From: a virus | Length of the DNA: 64,000 nt | Strand: one strand, 5' to 3' | Virus record (IMG/VR): IMGVR_UViG_3300045988_115788 | In this document: positions 44,400 through 53,261 of the stretch, one piece after another | Layout of the letters: each line of letters starts with the position of its first letter | Position numbering within the stretch: position 1 is the first letter of the stretch | Position numbers and translations under genes: made by a program | The notes under the pieces: generated by a model | The model's input: the letters and a program-made list of their open reading frames with translations, nothing else | The model's database searches: none | Told to the model about the DNA's origin: nothing

Positions 44400-44532
44400 A
44401 CTTAATTTTTACAGTAGGGTGGGACACACCCAAACATATACGCTCGTGGAGATTGTGTGAGACCCGCCTATTTGGTGGGCTACGGTCAGCGAACCGAGAA
44501 TCCCCTGTCTTTAGGTGTGGGGAGTGTCAAAA
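44400..44532 (+). ncRNA. omega RNA scaffold (3' portion) of the TnpB element
   Basis: GC-rich structured region directly after tnpB, e.g. GGTGGGACACACC and CCCCTGTCTTTAGGTGTGGGG hairpins, ending at the GC/AT boundary. Confidence 0.55.
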
Positions 44533-44577
44533 GAAGAATATTATAAAAATGATGATTGATAAAAGGAGAAATATTTA

Positions 44578-45615
44578 ATGAAGGATGTTCTAAATCAGAC
44601 TAAGACAAGTTTTGTTTGCGTAGGCACCGCTTATGAGGTGTCCCTGGAAGAAAAGGTAAATTCTAATGGCGATGAGTGTATCATGGGTAGCATCATTCTT
44701 CGTGTTCCTGGCGGCACTCAGAGATTTAGAGTGTATAGCAATAAGTTTTACAAGTCCGGCAAGAACGCTGGTAAGCTACATTATCTATACAACGCTCTTG
44801 TCTCTGCATACAACTGGAACACTGAAATCAATGGCAATGGTGGCGAACCCACCCGTGTTATGCTGAAGGGCGAATTTGATATTAACGATTATGCTTCTAC
44901 AACTTTTAATCGTGTTGTTTCTACTCTTGATTTCAAAACCAAGAGCATTACTCATCGAGTCTCTGAAGATACTGAAGACGGTATGATTATGGAGTTTGAC
45001 GGTATTTGCACCAAGTTTGCTCCTGAGATTAAGGACGATGAAGAGACTGGAAGACTCGTTGGTCAGTTTATGGCTGTCAATTATAATGGTCAGGTAATTC
45101 CTATTGACTTTGTAGTCGAAAAGGAAGGTGCAGAGCTAGTTGTTGATGGTGATAGCGAGATTGAGGCGCTATGTGTGGGTCAGACCAGAACTACTGTTTC
45201 TATGGATGTTCGTCACACCACTCAGGGTGTAGCAAAGGCTCCTGTCAAGAAGGCTGTTTTTGGTAAGTCTCATGGCCCAAAGATGGTTGATACTCCTCGT
45301 GAAATTGTCGAATATGTTCTGACTTCTTATGATTATGAAGCTGTGAAGGAGCCAGAAGATGAAGATGAAAACTCTGTATGGATTAACCCCAAGACTGTTG
45401 CAGAAGCCGTGAAACAGCGTAGAATCCATTTGGAAGAGCTTGAGCAGTCTTTAAAGGATGGTACCGCGGCAAAGTCTAATAACACCCAGAGAAAGACTAA
45501 TGCGGCTTCTAGCGCTCTTAATATGGCTAAGAACGCAAGTCGTCCTTCTACCCCTATCAACGATGACCCCTTTAATGGCGTAAATGTTGATGATGTTTTT
45601 GGTGGTCTAATGTAA
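44578..45615 (+). CDS. putative ssDNA-binding protein
   Basis: 345 aa heading the replication module; acidic/aromatic C-terminal tail INDDPFNGVNVDDVFGGLM resembles SSB tails; weak call. Confidence 0.3.
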   Translation: MKDVLNQTKTSFVCVGTAYEVSLEEKVNSNGDECIMGSIILRVPGGTQRFRVYSNKFYKSGKNAGKLHYLYNALVSAYNWNTEINGNGGEPTRVMLKGEFDINDYASTTFNRVVSTLDFKTKSITHRVSEDTEDGMIMEFDGICTKFAPEIKDDEETGRLVGQFMAVNYNGQVIPIDFVVEKEGAELVVDGDSEIEALCVGQTRTTVSMDVRHTTQGVAKAPVKKAVFGKSHGPKMVDTPREIVEYVLTSYDYEAVKEPEDEDENSVWINPKTVAEAVKQRRIHLEELEQSLKDGTAAKSNNTQRKTNAASSALNMAKNASRPSTPINDDPFNGVNVDDVFGGLM

Positions 45616-45620
45616 TTTAG

Positions 45621-45664
45621 AATTGTCCTGGTAGATGGGGTTGTTTTCTATCTACCAGGACAAT
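45621..45664 (+). terminator. 15-bp perfect hairpin after the SSB-like gene
   Basis: ATTGTCCTGGTAGAT ...13 nt... ATCTACCAGGACAAT; no clear T-run. Confidence 0.45.
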
Positions 45665-45700
45665 ATAAAAATAAATTAAGATAGGAGTTAAGTGATAATT

Positions 45701-46750
45701 ATGGCAAAAATTAACTTATTTGACCTTGAACCAGAAAATATTGTAGGGTCAATGGCAGGGCAAAAGTTGTATCTCTACTCTATGAATAATTGCGGCAAGA
45801 CGAAGGTTGCTTCAAAGTTACCTAAAGCTCTTCTTATGATGTGTGAACCTGGTGGCAACGGTGTTAAATGCTTAAAGGTTCGTGTTGATAAGTGGAGTGT
45901 ATTTAAGGATTTTGTCAATCAGCTTACGAGTGAAAAACTTGTTACAGACCCCAATGACGAAAATGTTAAATTACCTCAATGGGAACTAATGCAACGTAAG
46001 ATTCAGACAGTGGTTATTGATACTGTTGATGAATTGGTTGAATATGCTGAAACTGCAACTTGTCAGGAGTATGGAGTAAGTGACCTTTCTGAAATCACAG
46101 GAAAGGTCAATGGTTATTCTATTTATCGTAAGGATTTTAAAAAGCAAATCAATCGACTTTGTTCTTATGGATATACTTGTGTCTTTCTTGGGCATGAGGA
46201 GAGAGTGACTATTACTGATGAGCTAACTGGTAAAGAATATGAATTTATTCAGCCAAAGGGTAGTAGTAATGTGAAAGCATCTACTCGTTTTATTCGAGAT
46301 ATTTGTGATTTCTGTATTTATCTGAAACCCAATGGTATTGATTCTGCTGGTAACACTATTCTTTCTACTGGTATCAGCAAGCAAACAAAGCAGGTTTTTG
46401 CTCGAAGCCGCTATAATATGCAGACTTTGATTGAGCCATTTACTGCAAAAAATCTTGAAGAAGCGATTTTAAAGGCTATTGAAAAGACAGCAGAAGAAGA
46501 AGGTTCTGAAATCAATGAGTGGAAGCGTGATAGCAGTAGCTATGATAAGCATGATTGGCTTGAACTAATTAAGCCTTATTTTGCCGCCATTGGTAAGCGC
46601 TATCCTGAAAAGCTACAAGAAATTGTGATTACTGAAATTGGTGAAGGGCGCAAGCTGTCCGACATTCCAGAAGAAGACCTTGTTCCTTTGGAAAATGTTT
46701 TCAATAAGCTAGTTACTTTTGCCTGTGATAGAGATATTATTGTAGACTAA
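45701..46750 (+). CDS. AAA/RecA-like ATPase (Sak4 / AAA_24-like)
   Basis: P-loop MNNCGKTK, Walker B-like VVIDTVDE; ATG at 45701 (track GTG at 45692). Confidence 0.45.
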   Translation: MAKINLFDLEPENIVGSMAGQKLYLYSMNNCGKTKVASKLPKALLMMCEPGGNGVKCLKVRVDKWSVFKDFVNQLTSEKLVTDPNDENVKLPQWELMQRKIQTVVIDTVDELVEYAETATCQEYGVSDLSEITGKVNGYSIYRKDFKKQINRLCSYGYTCVFLGHEERVTITDELTGKEYEFIQPKGSSNVKASTRFIRDICDFCIYLKPNGIDSAGNTILSTGISKQTKQVFARSRYNMQTLIEPFTAKNLEEAILKAIEKTAEEEGSEINEWKRDSSSYDKHDWLELIKPYFAAIGKRYPEKLQEIVITEIGEGRKLSDIPEEDLVPLENVFNKLVTFACDRDIIVD

Positions 46751-46760
46751 AAGACAAAAA

Positions 46761-46798
46761 GAAAGCGGCGAGACTAAATCTTGTCGCTTTCTTTTTTT
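46761..46798 (+). terminator. rho-independent terminator
   Basis: GAAAGCG ...17 nt... CGCTTTC followed by T7. Confidence 0.65.
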
Positions 46799-46828
46799 AT
46801 TTTATATAAAATAACGAATAAAAACCTC

Positions 46829-46857
46829 TTGACTTTTTATTCGCAATCTGTTATACT
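46829..46857 (+). promoter_or_regulatory. sigma-A-type promoter with extended -10
   Basis: TTGACT-17-TGtTATACT. Confidence 0.7.
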
Positions 46858-46886
46858 AAAACCACAAACAAGGGGAGGTCAACAAT

Positions 46887-47216
46887 ATGACTGAACAAGA
46901 GTTTATAGAAGTTTGCAAGGAATTATCAGCACTACTTGTTGCCGGTTACAAAGGAAGGTGCAAAGACATCTATCATTTTCATGGAGAACATGTAGGATAT
47001 GATGTTTGGTACAATTCTAAAACAGGAAATGTTCATTTCTTGCTGGATGGCGCCATTCAAAGCACAGATATTTGGTTTCCTGATGCAAAATACTTTAGAG
47101 GCACAGTGCTTCTTTTGTATAGCAGACAAACTTTTTCTGCGGCAAATAACTTCTTGCATAGAAAAAAGAGACAAATGGAAAATTATTTTGAAAAGGAGAG
47201 AGTTGAAAATGACTAA
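46887..47216 (+). CDS. hypothetical protein
   Basis: 109-aa ORF, GGGGAGG SD. Confidence 0.5.
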   Translation: MTEQEFIEVCKELSALLVAGYKGRCKDIYHFHGEHVGYDVWYNSKTGNVHFLLDGAIQSTDIWFPDAKYFRGTVLLLYSRQTFSAANNFLHRKKRQMENYFEKERVEND

Positions 47217-47430
47217 CTTTCTGAACGCTTTTGACTATTATTACTATTTTGGTTCTTTGGGAGCCACTTTGGAGGGGATGCGCCAGGCAGTGAAGCATGG
47301 AAAGCTGAAGAAGTCCGTAACTATTCGTATTCTGAGACATGGTCTGGCTAGAGATATTCAGTATGGCTATAATAACGCGCAAATCAGTGAAGTGGTGTCT
47401 AATTTTAAGAAGGAGCTGAATGATGGCTGA
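47209..47430 (+). CDS. small protein, tandem paralog A
   Basis: AAAAGGAGAG SD; MTNFLNAFDYYYYFGSLGATLEGMRQAVKHGKLK... parallels the next gene. Confidence 0.5.
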   Translation: MTNFLNAFDYYYYFGSLGATLEGMRQAVKHGKLKKSVTIRILRHGLARDIQYGYNNAQISEVVSNFKKELNDG

Positions 47431-47659
47431 TTTTTTAAAGCAGTATTATAACAACTATTTCTTAGGCAGCTTGGATAGAACTCTTGCTTGCCTAAGGAAG
47501 AATGTGGAAGCAGGTATCCTTAAACCTACTGTTGCTGTGCAGATTCTCAAAAAAGGACTGAAACAGGATAGATGCTTAAAGCTAACCAAAGAACAAGTTT
47601 TGACGATTGCAGGGGAGTTTCGTAACGAATTGAGAGAGAAAGGGTTGTGGAAGAAATGA
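47420..47659 (+). CDS. small protein, tandem paralog B
   Basis: AAGGAG SD; MMADFLKQYYNNYFLGSLDRTLACLRKNVEAGILK... Confidence 0.5.
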   Translation: MMADFLKQYYNNYFLGSLDRTLACLRKNVEAGILKPTVAVQILKKGLKQDRCLKLTKEQVLTIAGEFRNELREKGLWKK

Positions 47660-47844
47660 AAGATGGTTGGGTTTTAAATATATCGAAAAATTCAGTTATT
47701 CCACGATGGACTGTTGGAAGAATACTAGCAAAAGAATCAAAACATTCTTGTGTTGAATGGTTTTATAAAAGCGGAAAAGTAATGATATGGACAGTACCAA
47801 ACGAAAACTTTATTAAATGGAGAAAACCTAGATGGCAAAAGTAA
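47656..47844 (+). CDS. hypothetical protein
   Basis: Track ORF 47647..47844; first ATG at 47656. Confidence 0.4.
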   Translation: MKDGWVLNISKNSVIPRWTVGRILAKESKHSCVEWFYKSGKVMIWTVPNENFIKWRKPRWQK

Positions 47845-47978
47845 AAACTAAAGTTGGCTACAAACTTTTTGAGATGGATTTTTATGATAATCTTCATCCT
47901 CTTAAAGTAGAAAAGTTAATAAAATTCTTACTGAAGAAGAGAGATTGGATATTTTAAACAAGAAAAAGGAGAGGTAAT

Positions 47979-48206
47979 ATGAGACTTGTAAATGTAGATA
48001 CAGCCCCTATTTATCTAAACACTGCGGCTTGCGAACAAATCAAAAAAATGCCTACAGTTGAATTAGAGGTAGCACAAGAAGAAAAATGCGGCCTATGCAG
48101 TCGTAAGAAACAACTTTCTGGGCAAGGAATGATGATGTTGGGAGACAAAATGAATTGTCATATTTTTATTGTTAATTATTGTCCTAATTGTGGAGCAAAG
48201 TGGTGA
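47979..48206 (+). CDS. small zinc-ribbon protein
   Basis: AAAGGAGAGG SD; CGLCS...CPNCG. Confidence 0.5.
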   Translation: MRLVNVDTAPIYLNTAACEQIKKMPTVELEVAQEEKCGLCSRKKQLSGQGMMMLGDKMNCHIFIVNYCPNCGAKW

Positions 48207-48209
48207 TAA

Positions 48210-48467
48210 ATGATGGCTAAACTTTCTGATATGGCTAAACTTTATGGGAACAAAGCTCCTTACTGCTGGACTGTTTATTCTGCTTTAAAAAAGCGTAAGT
48301 CAAAAAAAGACGGAAAAACAAGAAGAACTGCTGTTCAACTAACGGAAGAATGTGGAATTAGTTTTAACACTCTTTATTTGGCTATTGACCTTTTAGAAAA
48401 AGAAGGGTATATTAGCAGAACTCGCGCAGGAGATTTTAAGAGAAATACTTATGAAGTTCTAAAATAA
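48210..48467 (+). CDS. winged-helix DNA-binding protein
   Basis: 85 aa; TEECGISFNTLYLAIDLLEKEGYISRTR resembles a wHTH recognition unit. Confidence 0.4.
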   Translation: MMAKLSDMAKLYGNKAPYCWTVYSALKKRKSKKDGKTRRTAVQLTEECGISFNTLYLAIDLLEKEGYISRTRAGDFKRNTYEVLK

Positions 48468-48470
48468 GTA

Positions 48471-48499
48471 TTGACTTTGGGTGACGAAAGTGGTATGAT
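48471..48499 (+). promoter_or_regulatory. sigma-A-type promoter with extended -10
   Basis: TTGACT-17-TGgTATGAT (track ORF 48471 starts on the -35 TTG). Confidence 0.65.
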
Positions 48500-48524
48500 A
48501 TATAAAGAAAGGAGGCGAAGGCAA

Positions 48525-49019
48525 ATGGGCAAGTCAACTTGCAAAGGTTGCGGCGAAAAGTTCCCAACAGAAACACGTTATATTGGAGAAAAATATAAGC
48601 AGTTAAAGTTCTGTTGCCAAGAATGTTATCAAAATTATGTTAATGAGCATAGTAATGAAATTGACAGGAACAGGGATGATTTAATTAAATACTTAGATAC
48701 AATTTATGAAAATCCAAATTATAGGATGCTTGGAGCGCAAATTAAATACTTTCGAGATGAATGTAATGTATCTAGCTTGGCTTTGAGACTCATTATAGAA
48801 TATGCTGTCAAGTATGAAAATTATGTTGTACGTCAGGAAGATGGGCTAGGTCAATTTTATCCTAGATACTATCAGCCAGCCTTAGAGTTTTACAAAAAGA
48901 TTGAAGAAAACAAAAAGTATGCAAGTGAACATCCTGAATTGTTTACTCCTGAAGTTATTCGAGTAAAGCCCAAAAATAGTATGCGAAAATTTTTTACAAA
49001 AGCAGAGTTAGAACTTTAA
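48525..49019 (+). CDS. Zn-ribbon protein upstream of helicase (possible replication organizer/loader)
   Basis: AAAGGAGG SD before the ATG at 48525; CKGCG...CCQECY; function from position only. Confidence 0.4.
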   Translation: MGKSTCKGCGEKFPTETRYIGEKYKQLKFCCQECYQNYVNEHSNEIDRNRDDLIKYLDTIYENPNYRMLGAQIKYFRDECNVSSLALRLIIEYAVKYENYVVRQEDGLGQFYPRYYQPALEFYKKIEENKKYASEHPELFTPEVIRVKPKNSMRKFFTKAELEL

Positions 49020-49043
49020 GCAAGTAAGTAGGTGTATGCAATA

Positions 49044-50627
49044 ATGGAAAACACTTTATATGACAGAAATGCCGCGAGTGCATTGTTGGGCTGTTTGATG
49101 AAAGACCCTGCTCTGTTATTGAATCCTTCTTTTCCTTTGTGTAAAAAGGATTTTGAGTGCATCGCAATGCACGGGATTCTTTTTATTTGTATCGGAAAAC
49201 TTTTGAAAGCAGGAACTAGAGAAATCAGTGCTTTAGAAATTGATACTGTAGCAAAAACCAATTCTCAGTATTACGACATTCTTGTTCAAAATGATTATAT
49301 TGGATATATTGATGCCATCAAAGAATTAGCTAATCACAATAGCTTTGAATATTTTTATACAGTTGTTAGAAAGTATTCATTACTTAGAGAAATGAAAGAA
49401 AATGGTATTTCCATCACTGATTTCTTTGACCCCATTACTGGACAAGCAACAAATTTGGAAAAATTTGAATCTATTACTCTCGAAGAAATGGTTACAAGAG
49501 TAAACAATATAGCTTCAAATCTGAGAAATAAATACGATGTGCGGTTTGTCCGCAATCAAATTTCAGTGGGTGAAGATACAGAAGGACTACTAGAATTTTT
49601 TGAACAAGCTCCTGCTTTTGGCGCTTGCTTGCAGAGCGGAGTCTTGAGTACCATTGTTCAAGGTTGGAATAGAGGACACTTGCTGTGTCGTTCTGGCCCG
49701 TCAGGAGCGAGTAAAACAAAACAAGGTGTAGGTGATTTGTGCATGGTTTCTGTCCCTGCCTACTATTCAGAAGAGACAGGAGACTTTGTAGTAAATCCAA
49801 ATTATCAAGGCCCAGGATTCTATATTCACACAGAAATGGACAGTAGAACAGAAGTCGAGCCAGCATTTTTAAGTTTTGTTGCTTGTGTAGAATATAGAAA
49901 AATGAGAAATGGTTTGCTTACAAAAGAAGAAAGACTTCGTGTTCTTAAAGCAGGTGAAATTTTAAAAAAGTCAAATCTACAGGTCATTGATATGCCTGAA
50001 TACACTTCTGCTTCACTAGAGCAAAAGATTCGTGATATGGCTGAATTTGGTTGTCCTTTTGGCGTGTTTGACTATGTGGAGTTAAACAGCTCTCTTGGCG
50101 CGGAGTTTAAAAGTGTATCCAATATGCCGGTAAGAGAAGATTTGGTGTTAAAATCTTTAGTGACAGACCTTAAAGGTTACGCAGAAAAATATAATGTTGG
50201 TATACTTACTGGAACTCAGCTTAATGACACTTGGAAAGAAAAGGCTTTTCCTGATGAATCTTGTCTTTCTGGCGCGAAGTCTATTAAAAATAAGCTAGAT
50301 GCGGGAACTATTATTATTCCTTTTAATCAAAGAAGGAAAGAGATGGAATGTTTAAAAGCTTTCTTACCTAAACCTCGCTTTGGTGAACCTGCACCGATGA
50401 TGCCCAATATGATAGAATATGTGTATAAATCCCGTTTTGGCACATATGGCGATGAAAAAGTTAAAATTATATATTATTTTGACAAGGGTACTTCAAGAAG
50501 ATACGATTTCTTTTGTGCTGATGATAAGGACAAAATAGTAAATGTCCCTAAAACAGAATTAGAGCCTGGAGGTATTTATAATGCGAATGACGCAGAATGT
50601 GAAGCAAGTATTAAAGAAACTGTATGA
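49044..50627 (+). CDS. DnaB-like replicative helicase
   Basis: N-terminal AASALLGCLMKDPALL (DnaB N-domain-like), Walker A GPSGASKT, RecA-like C-terminal half. Confidence 0.65.
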   Translation: MENTLYDRNAASALLGCLMKDPALLLNPSFPLCKKDFECIAMHGILFICIGKLLKAGTREISALEIDTVAKTNSQYYDILVQNDYIGYIDAIKELANHNSFEYFYTVVRKYSLLREMKENGISITDFFDPITGQATNLEKFESITLEEMVTRVNNIASNLRNKYDVRFVRNQISVGEDTEGLLEFFEQAPAFGACLQSGVLSTIVQGWNRGHLLCRSGPSGASKTKQGVGDLCMVSVPAYYSEETGDFVVNPNYQGPGFYIHTEMDSRTEVEPAFLSFVACVEYRKMRNGLLTKEERLRVLKAGEILKKSNLQVIDMPEYTSASLEQKIRDMAEFGCPFGVFDYVELNSSLGAEFKSVSNMPVREDLVLKSLVTDLKGYAEKYNVGILTGTQLNDTWKEKAFPDESCLSGAKSIKNKLDAGTIIIPFNQRRKEMECLKAFLPKPRFGEPAPMMPNMIEYVYKSRFGTYGDEKVKIIYYFDKGTSRRYDFFCADDKDKIVNVPKTELEPGGIYNANDAECEASIKETV

Positions 50628-50793
50628 ATCAGAAATTCCGATTCCAAAACTTGATGGTCTTGATGAGACGAGTTTTTTGGCAGGTGTTCAGTGGCTAGGT
50701 ATTTATATTAAGGCTGTAGCTGAGACAGGAAGGTTTGATTTTACAGTAGAACAATTAGCTGAAATTGGAGGTTTGAGTAATGAAGAAGTTTAA
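50581..50793 (+). CDS. hypothetical protein
   Basis: 70-aa ORF overlapping the helicase 3' end by 47 nt; weak. Confidence 0.3.
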   Translation: MRMTQNVKQVLKKLYESEIPIPKLDGLDETSFLAGVQWLGIYIKAVAETGRFDFTVEQLAEIGGLSNEEV

Positions 50794-50977
50794 GATAGCT
50801 AATACGATTGCGTGTATTTTAAACGGCATGTGTCTTTCTTATGCAGGAGGTCAAGCGGCATACTATGCCCAGCAAAATGAACTTCCTTGGTTTCTTGTGA
50901 GTATTGGTTTAGCTGGATTATTTACTTTTCTGCTTGTTGACCTTATTCACATGAGGATTAAAAACTGGGAGGACTAA
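50780..50977 (+). CDS. small two-helix membrane protein
   Basis: 65 aa with two hydrophobic spans; GGAGG SD. Confidence 0.45.
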   Translation: MKKFKIANTIACILNGMCLSYAGGQAAYYAQQNELPWFLVSIGLAGLFTFLLVDLIHMRIKNWED

Positions 50978-50980
50978 TAG

Positions 50981-52027
50981 ATGGAAAGACGGATAGTCTA
51001 TTTGGACAGTGCAGCCACTATGCTTCCCACTTTTTGGTCAAAAGATTTTATGGGATACTCTGGAAATCCTAATGCAAAGCACAAAATGGGACAAATGGTG
51101 CGATATAAATACGAAGAGTGCAAACAGAGACTAAAAGATATTCTTGGAGTGTCCAGTGGAGAGATTTTCTTTGCTAGATGTGCCACAGAAATTGCTAATG
51201 AACTTTGGTTAGAATCTTTTTTTGGTAATAGAGGTCGTAATTTTGATATTTGGTGCAGCCCTTGGGAGCATGATTCATGTTATGTTAATTCTTGTGAATT
51301 TAACAAAGATAGAGATATATTTGCTACAGACTATTATCAAATTGTATTTTGGCAATATGTAAATCACATGACAGGAAACCAATTTTTTATGGAGTTGCCT
51401 AAGAAGCATGATAATACTCTACTGTTCAGTGATTTCACTGCGGCAATCGGTAAGGTCGAAATCCCAAAAATTGAAGGGAATTTTGATGCAATCTGGTGTT
51501 CTGGACATAAGTTTGGCGCAGAAGGTGGCGGTTGGCTTTGGGTATCTGATAAAGCTTTAGATTGGTTGCCTGGAATTAAATATTCTTTTGGCGGAACTCC
51601 TAATGTACCACAAGTTGTAGCCTTGACAACCGCAACAGAGTGTGCTATAATGGGGACAAAGGAAAACTTTAAGCATTATGTTTTTCTTTGGACTGCGGTT
51701 CAAAATCAACTATTTGACGAAGGCATTGAGCATGAGATTATTGGAGACAACAACCTGCCTATTACTTGTGCTGTAATGACTCTGCGTTTTCCTGGAATGA
51801 ATGCAGATGCTCTTGCTACATATCTCAGCGCTAGGAAAATTTATGTCTCTATGGGAAAATCTGCTTGTTCAGAAGATGATGATTTTAGAGCCTTAGAATC
51901 TTGGGGTCTGACCAAAGAACAAGCAGAAGAGTGCATCCGAATTTCTTTTGACCCTGGTAGCACAACGGCAGATACAGATGATTTTGTTAAAGCAGTGGCG
52001 GCATTTAAAGAAGAATATTTAAATTAA
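50981..52027 (+). CDS. cysteine desulfurase (NifS/IscS-like, class V aminotransferase fold)
   Basis: YLDSAAT N-terminus, PLP-lysine motif SGHKFGAEGG, active-site loop SMGKSACSE. Confidence 0.7.
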   Translation: MERRIVYLDSAATMLPTFWSKDFMGYSGNPNAKHKMGQMVRYKYEECKQRLKDILGVSSGEIFFARCATEIANELWLESFFGNRGRNFDIWCSPWEHDSCYVNSCEFNKDRDIFATDYYQIVFWQYVNHMTGNQFFMELPKKHDNTLLFSDFTAAIGKVEIPKIEGNFDAIWCSGHKFGAEGGGWLWVSDKALDWLPGIKYSFGGTPNVPQVVALTTATECAIMGTKENFKHYVFLWTAVQNQLFDEGIEHEIIGDNNLPITCAVMTLRFPGMNADALATYLSARKIYVSMGKSACSEDDDFRALESWGLTKEQAEECIRISFDPGSTTADTDDFVKAVAAFKEEYLN

Positions 52028-52039
52028 GGAGAGTTTATT

Positions 52040-53125
52040 ATGGGGCGGATTGATGTAAAAAAATTAAAAGCAAGTCTGTCCCTTTTAGATATTGAGCATG
52101 TAATGAATCGGCTTGGGATTCCTATGTATAGTAAGGGCAACAGAGAATGGATTTTCTATCCAGGAACTAAATACAAAGACCCTTATGCAGGGAAACCCAA
52201 GCTGTATTTTTATACTGATTCCAAAATATTCATAAGTTACACTGAGTCATGCTCTATGGATATTATAGGTGTAGTACAAAAAAGATTGGCGTTACTGAAT
52301 GAACCTTGTAGTTTCTTGGATGCGGTCAATTATATTCTTGAAACAACAGGAAAAGAAGTCACTAATCTGCATGAATTAACTAAATCTTCATCCTATGACT
52401 GGGAAAACGACTTAGGCAAATTTTCTAAGTTTGGCAGCAGAGGTAATGGTTTGAAGTGTTATGATGCTAGTGTATTGAATCATTTATCCCAGTTATACCC
52501 TTTAAGATGGATTGATGAGGGTATAAGTTGGGATTCTATGAAAAAGTATCGGATAGGTTTTTATGACCGAATGAATCAAACAACTATTCCGGTTTTTGGA
52601 AACGATGGTAGCTTGTTGGGGATTCGGTGTAGGAATTGGACAGAAGATATGCTTGCACAAGCTAAATACATTCCATTAACATTACTTGATGGAACAACTT
52701 ATAAATTCCCTACACACAGTGTTTTGTATGGATTAAATTATAATTGGCCCGCCATTGAAAGAAAGAAAGAGGTGTGGATTGCTGAAGGCGAAAAATCAGT
52801 ATTGAAATTAGATACTTGGTATGGTACAGAATCTTGCGCTGTAGCAATGTTTGGAAATAATCTGGGACTTCAAAGAAGACAACAGTTGTTGAGTCTTGGT
52901 GTGAACAAGGTTTTTTATATCCCTGACCATGATTTTGTGGGACTCGGAGACAAAGAATTCGATTTATGGACAACTAAACTAAATAAATTTTGCGAGTTGT
53001 GGCATGGATTTGCTACTGTCAACGTTTTGCTTGATACTAAAGGTTATCTTGGCGCAAAAGACAATGCAACTGATTATAATAAAGAAATTTTTACAGAGCT
53101 GTTGGAAAATTCAGTTCAAATGTGA
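52040..53125 (+). CDS. Toprim-domain DNA primase
   Basis: Toprim glutamate IAEGEKSVLKL and acidic IPDHDFVGLGD; adjacent to the helicase. Confidence 0.55.
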   Translation: MGRIDVKKLKASLSLLDIEHVMNRLGIPMYSKGNREWIFYPGTKYKDPYAGKPKLYFYTDSKIFISYTESCSMDIIGVVQKRLALLNEPCSFLDAVNYILETTGKEVTNLHELTKSSSYDWENDLGKFSKFGSRGNGLKCYDASVLNHLSQLYPLRWIDEGISWDSMKKYRIGFYDRMNQTTIPVFGNDGSLLGIRCRNWTEDMLAQAKYIPLTLLDGTTYKFPTHSVLYGLNYNWPAIERKKEVWIAEGEKSVLKLDTWYGTESCAVAMFGNNLGLQRRQQLLSLGVNKVFYIPDHDFVGLGDKEFDLWTTKLNKFCELWHGFATVNVLLDTKGYLGAKDNATDYNKEIFTELLENSVQM

Positions 53126-53192
53126 GGAGAAAAAAGGTGAAGAGTTAAGTGAAAAAATGTTTGACTTTTATAAAAAAATAAATAAAAAGCGC

Positions 53193-53221
53193 TTGACAAT
53201 TCTGAAAAAATGTGGTATATT
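53193..53221 (+). promoter_or_regulatory. sigma-A-type promoter with extended -10
   Basis: TTGACA-17-TGgTATATT. Confidence 0.7.
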
Positions 53222-53261
53222 ATAAATAGTCCAAAGGACAATATAATTTTTGGAGGTATTT

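Larger units (their letters stand above)
43090..44532 (+). mobile_element. IS200/IS605-family element carrying only tnpB (IS1341-like); ends approximate
   Basis: Sharp rise in GC versus flanks; left-end hairpins (CCCC..GGGG, GTTCC..GGAAC); tnpB; structured right end stopping at ..GGGGAGTGTCAA. Confidence 0.6.
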
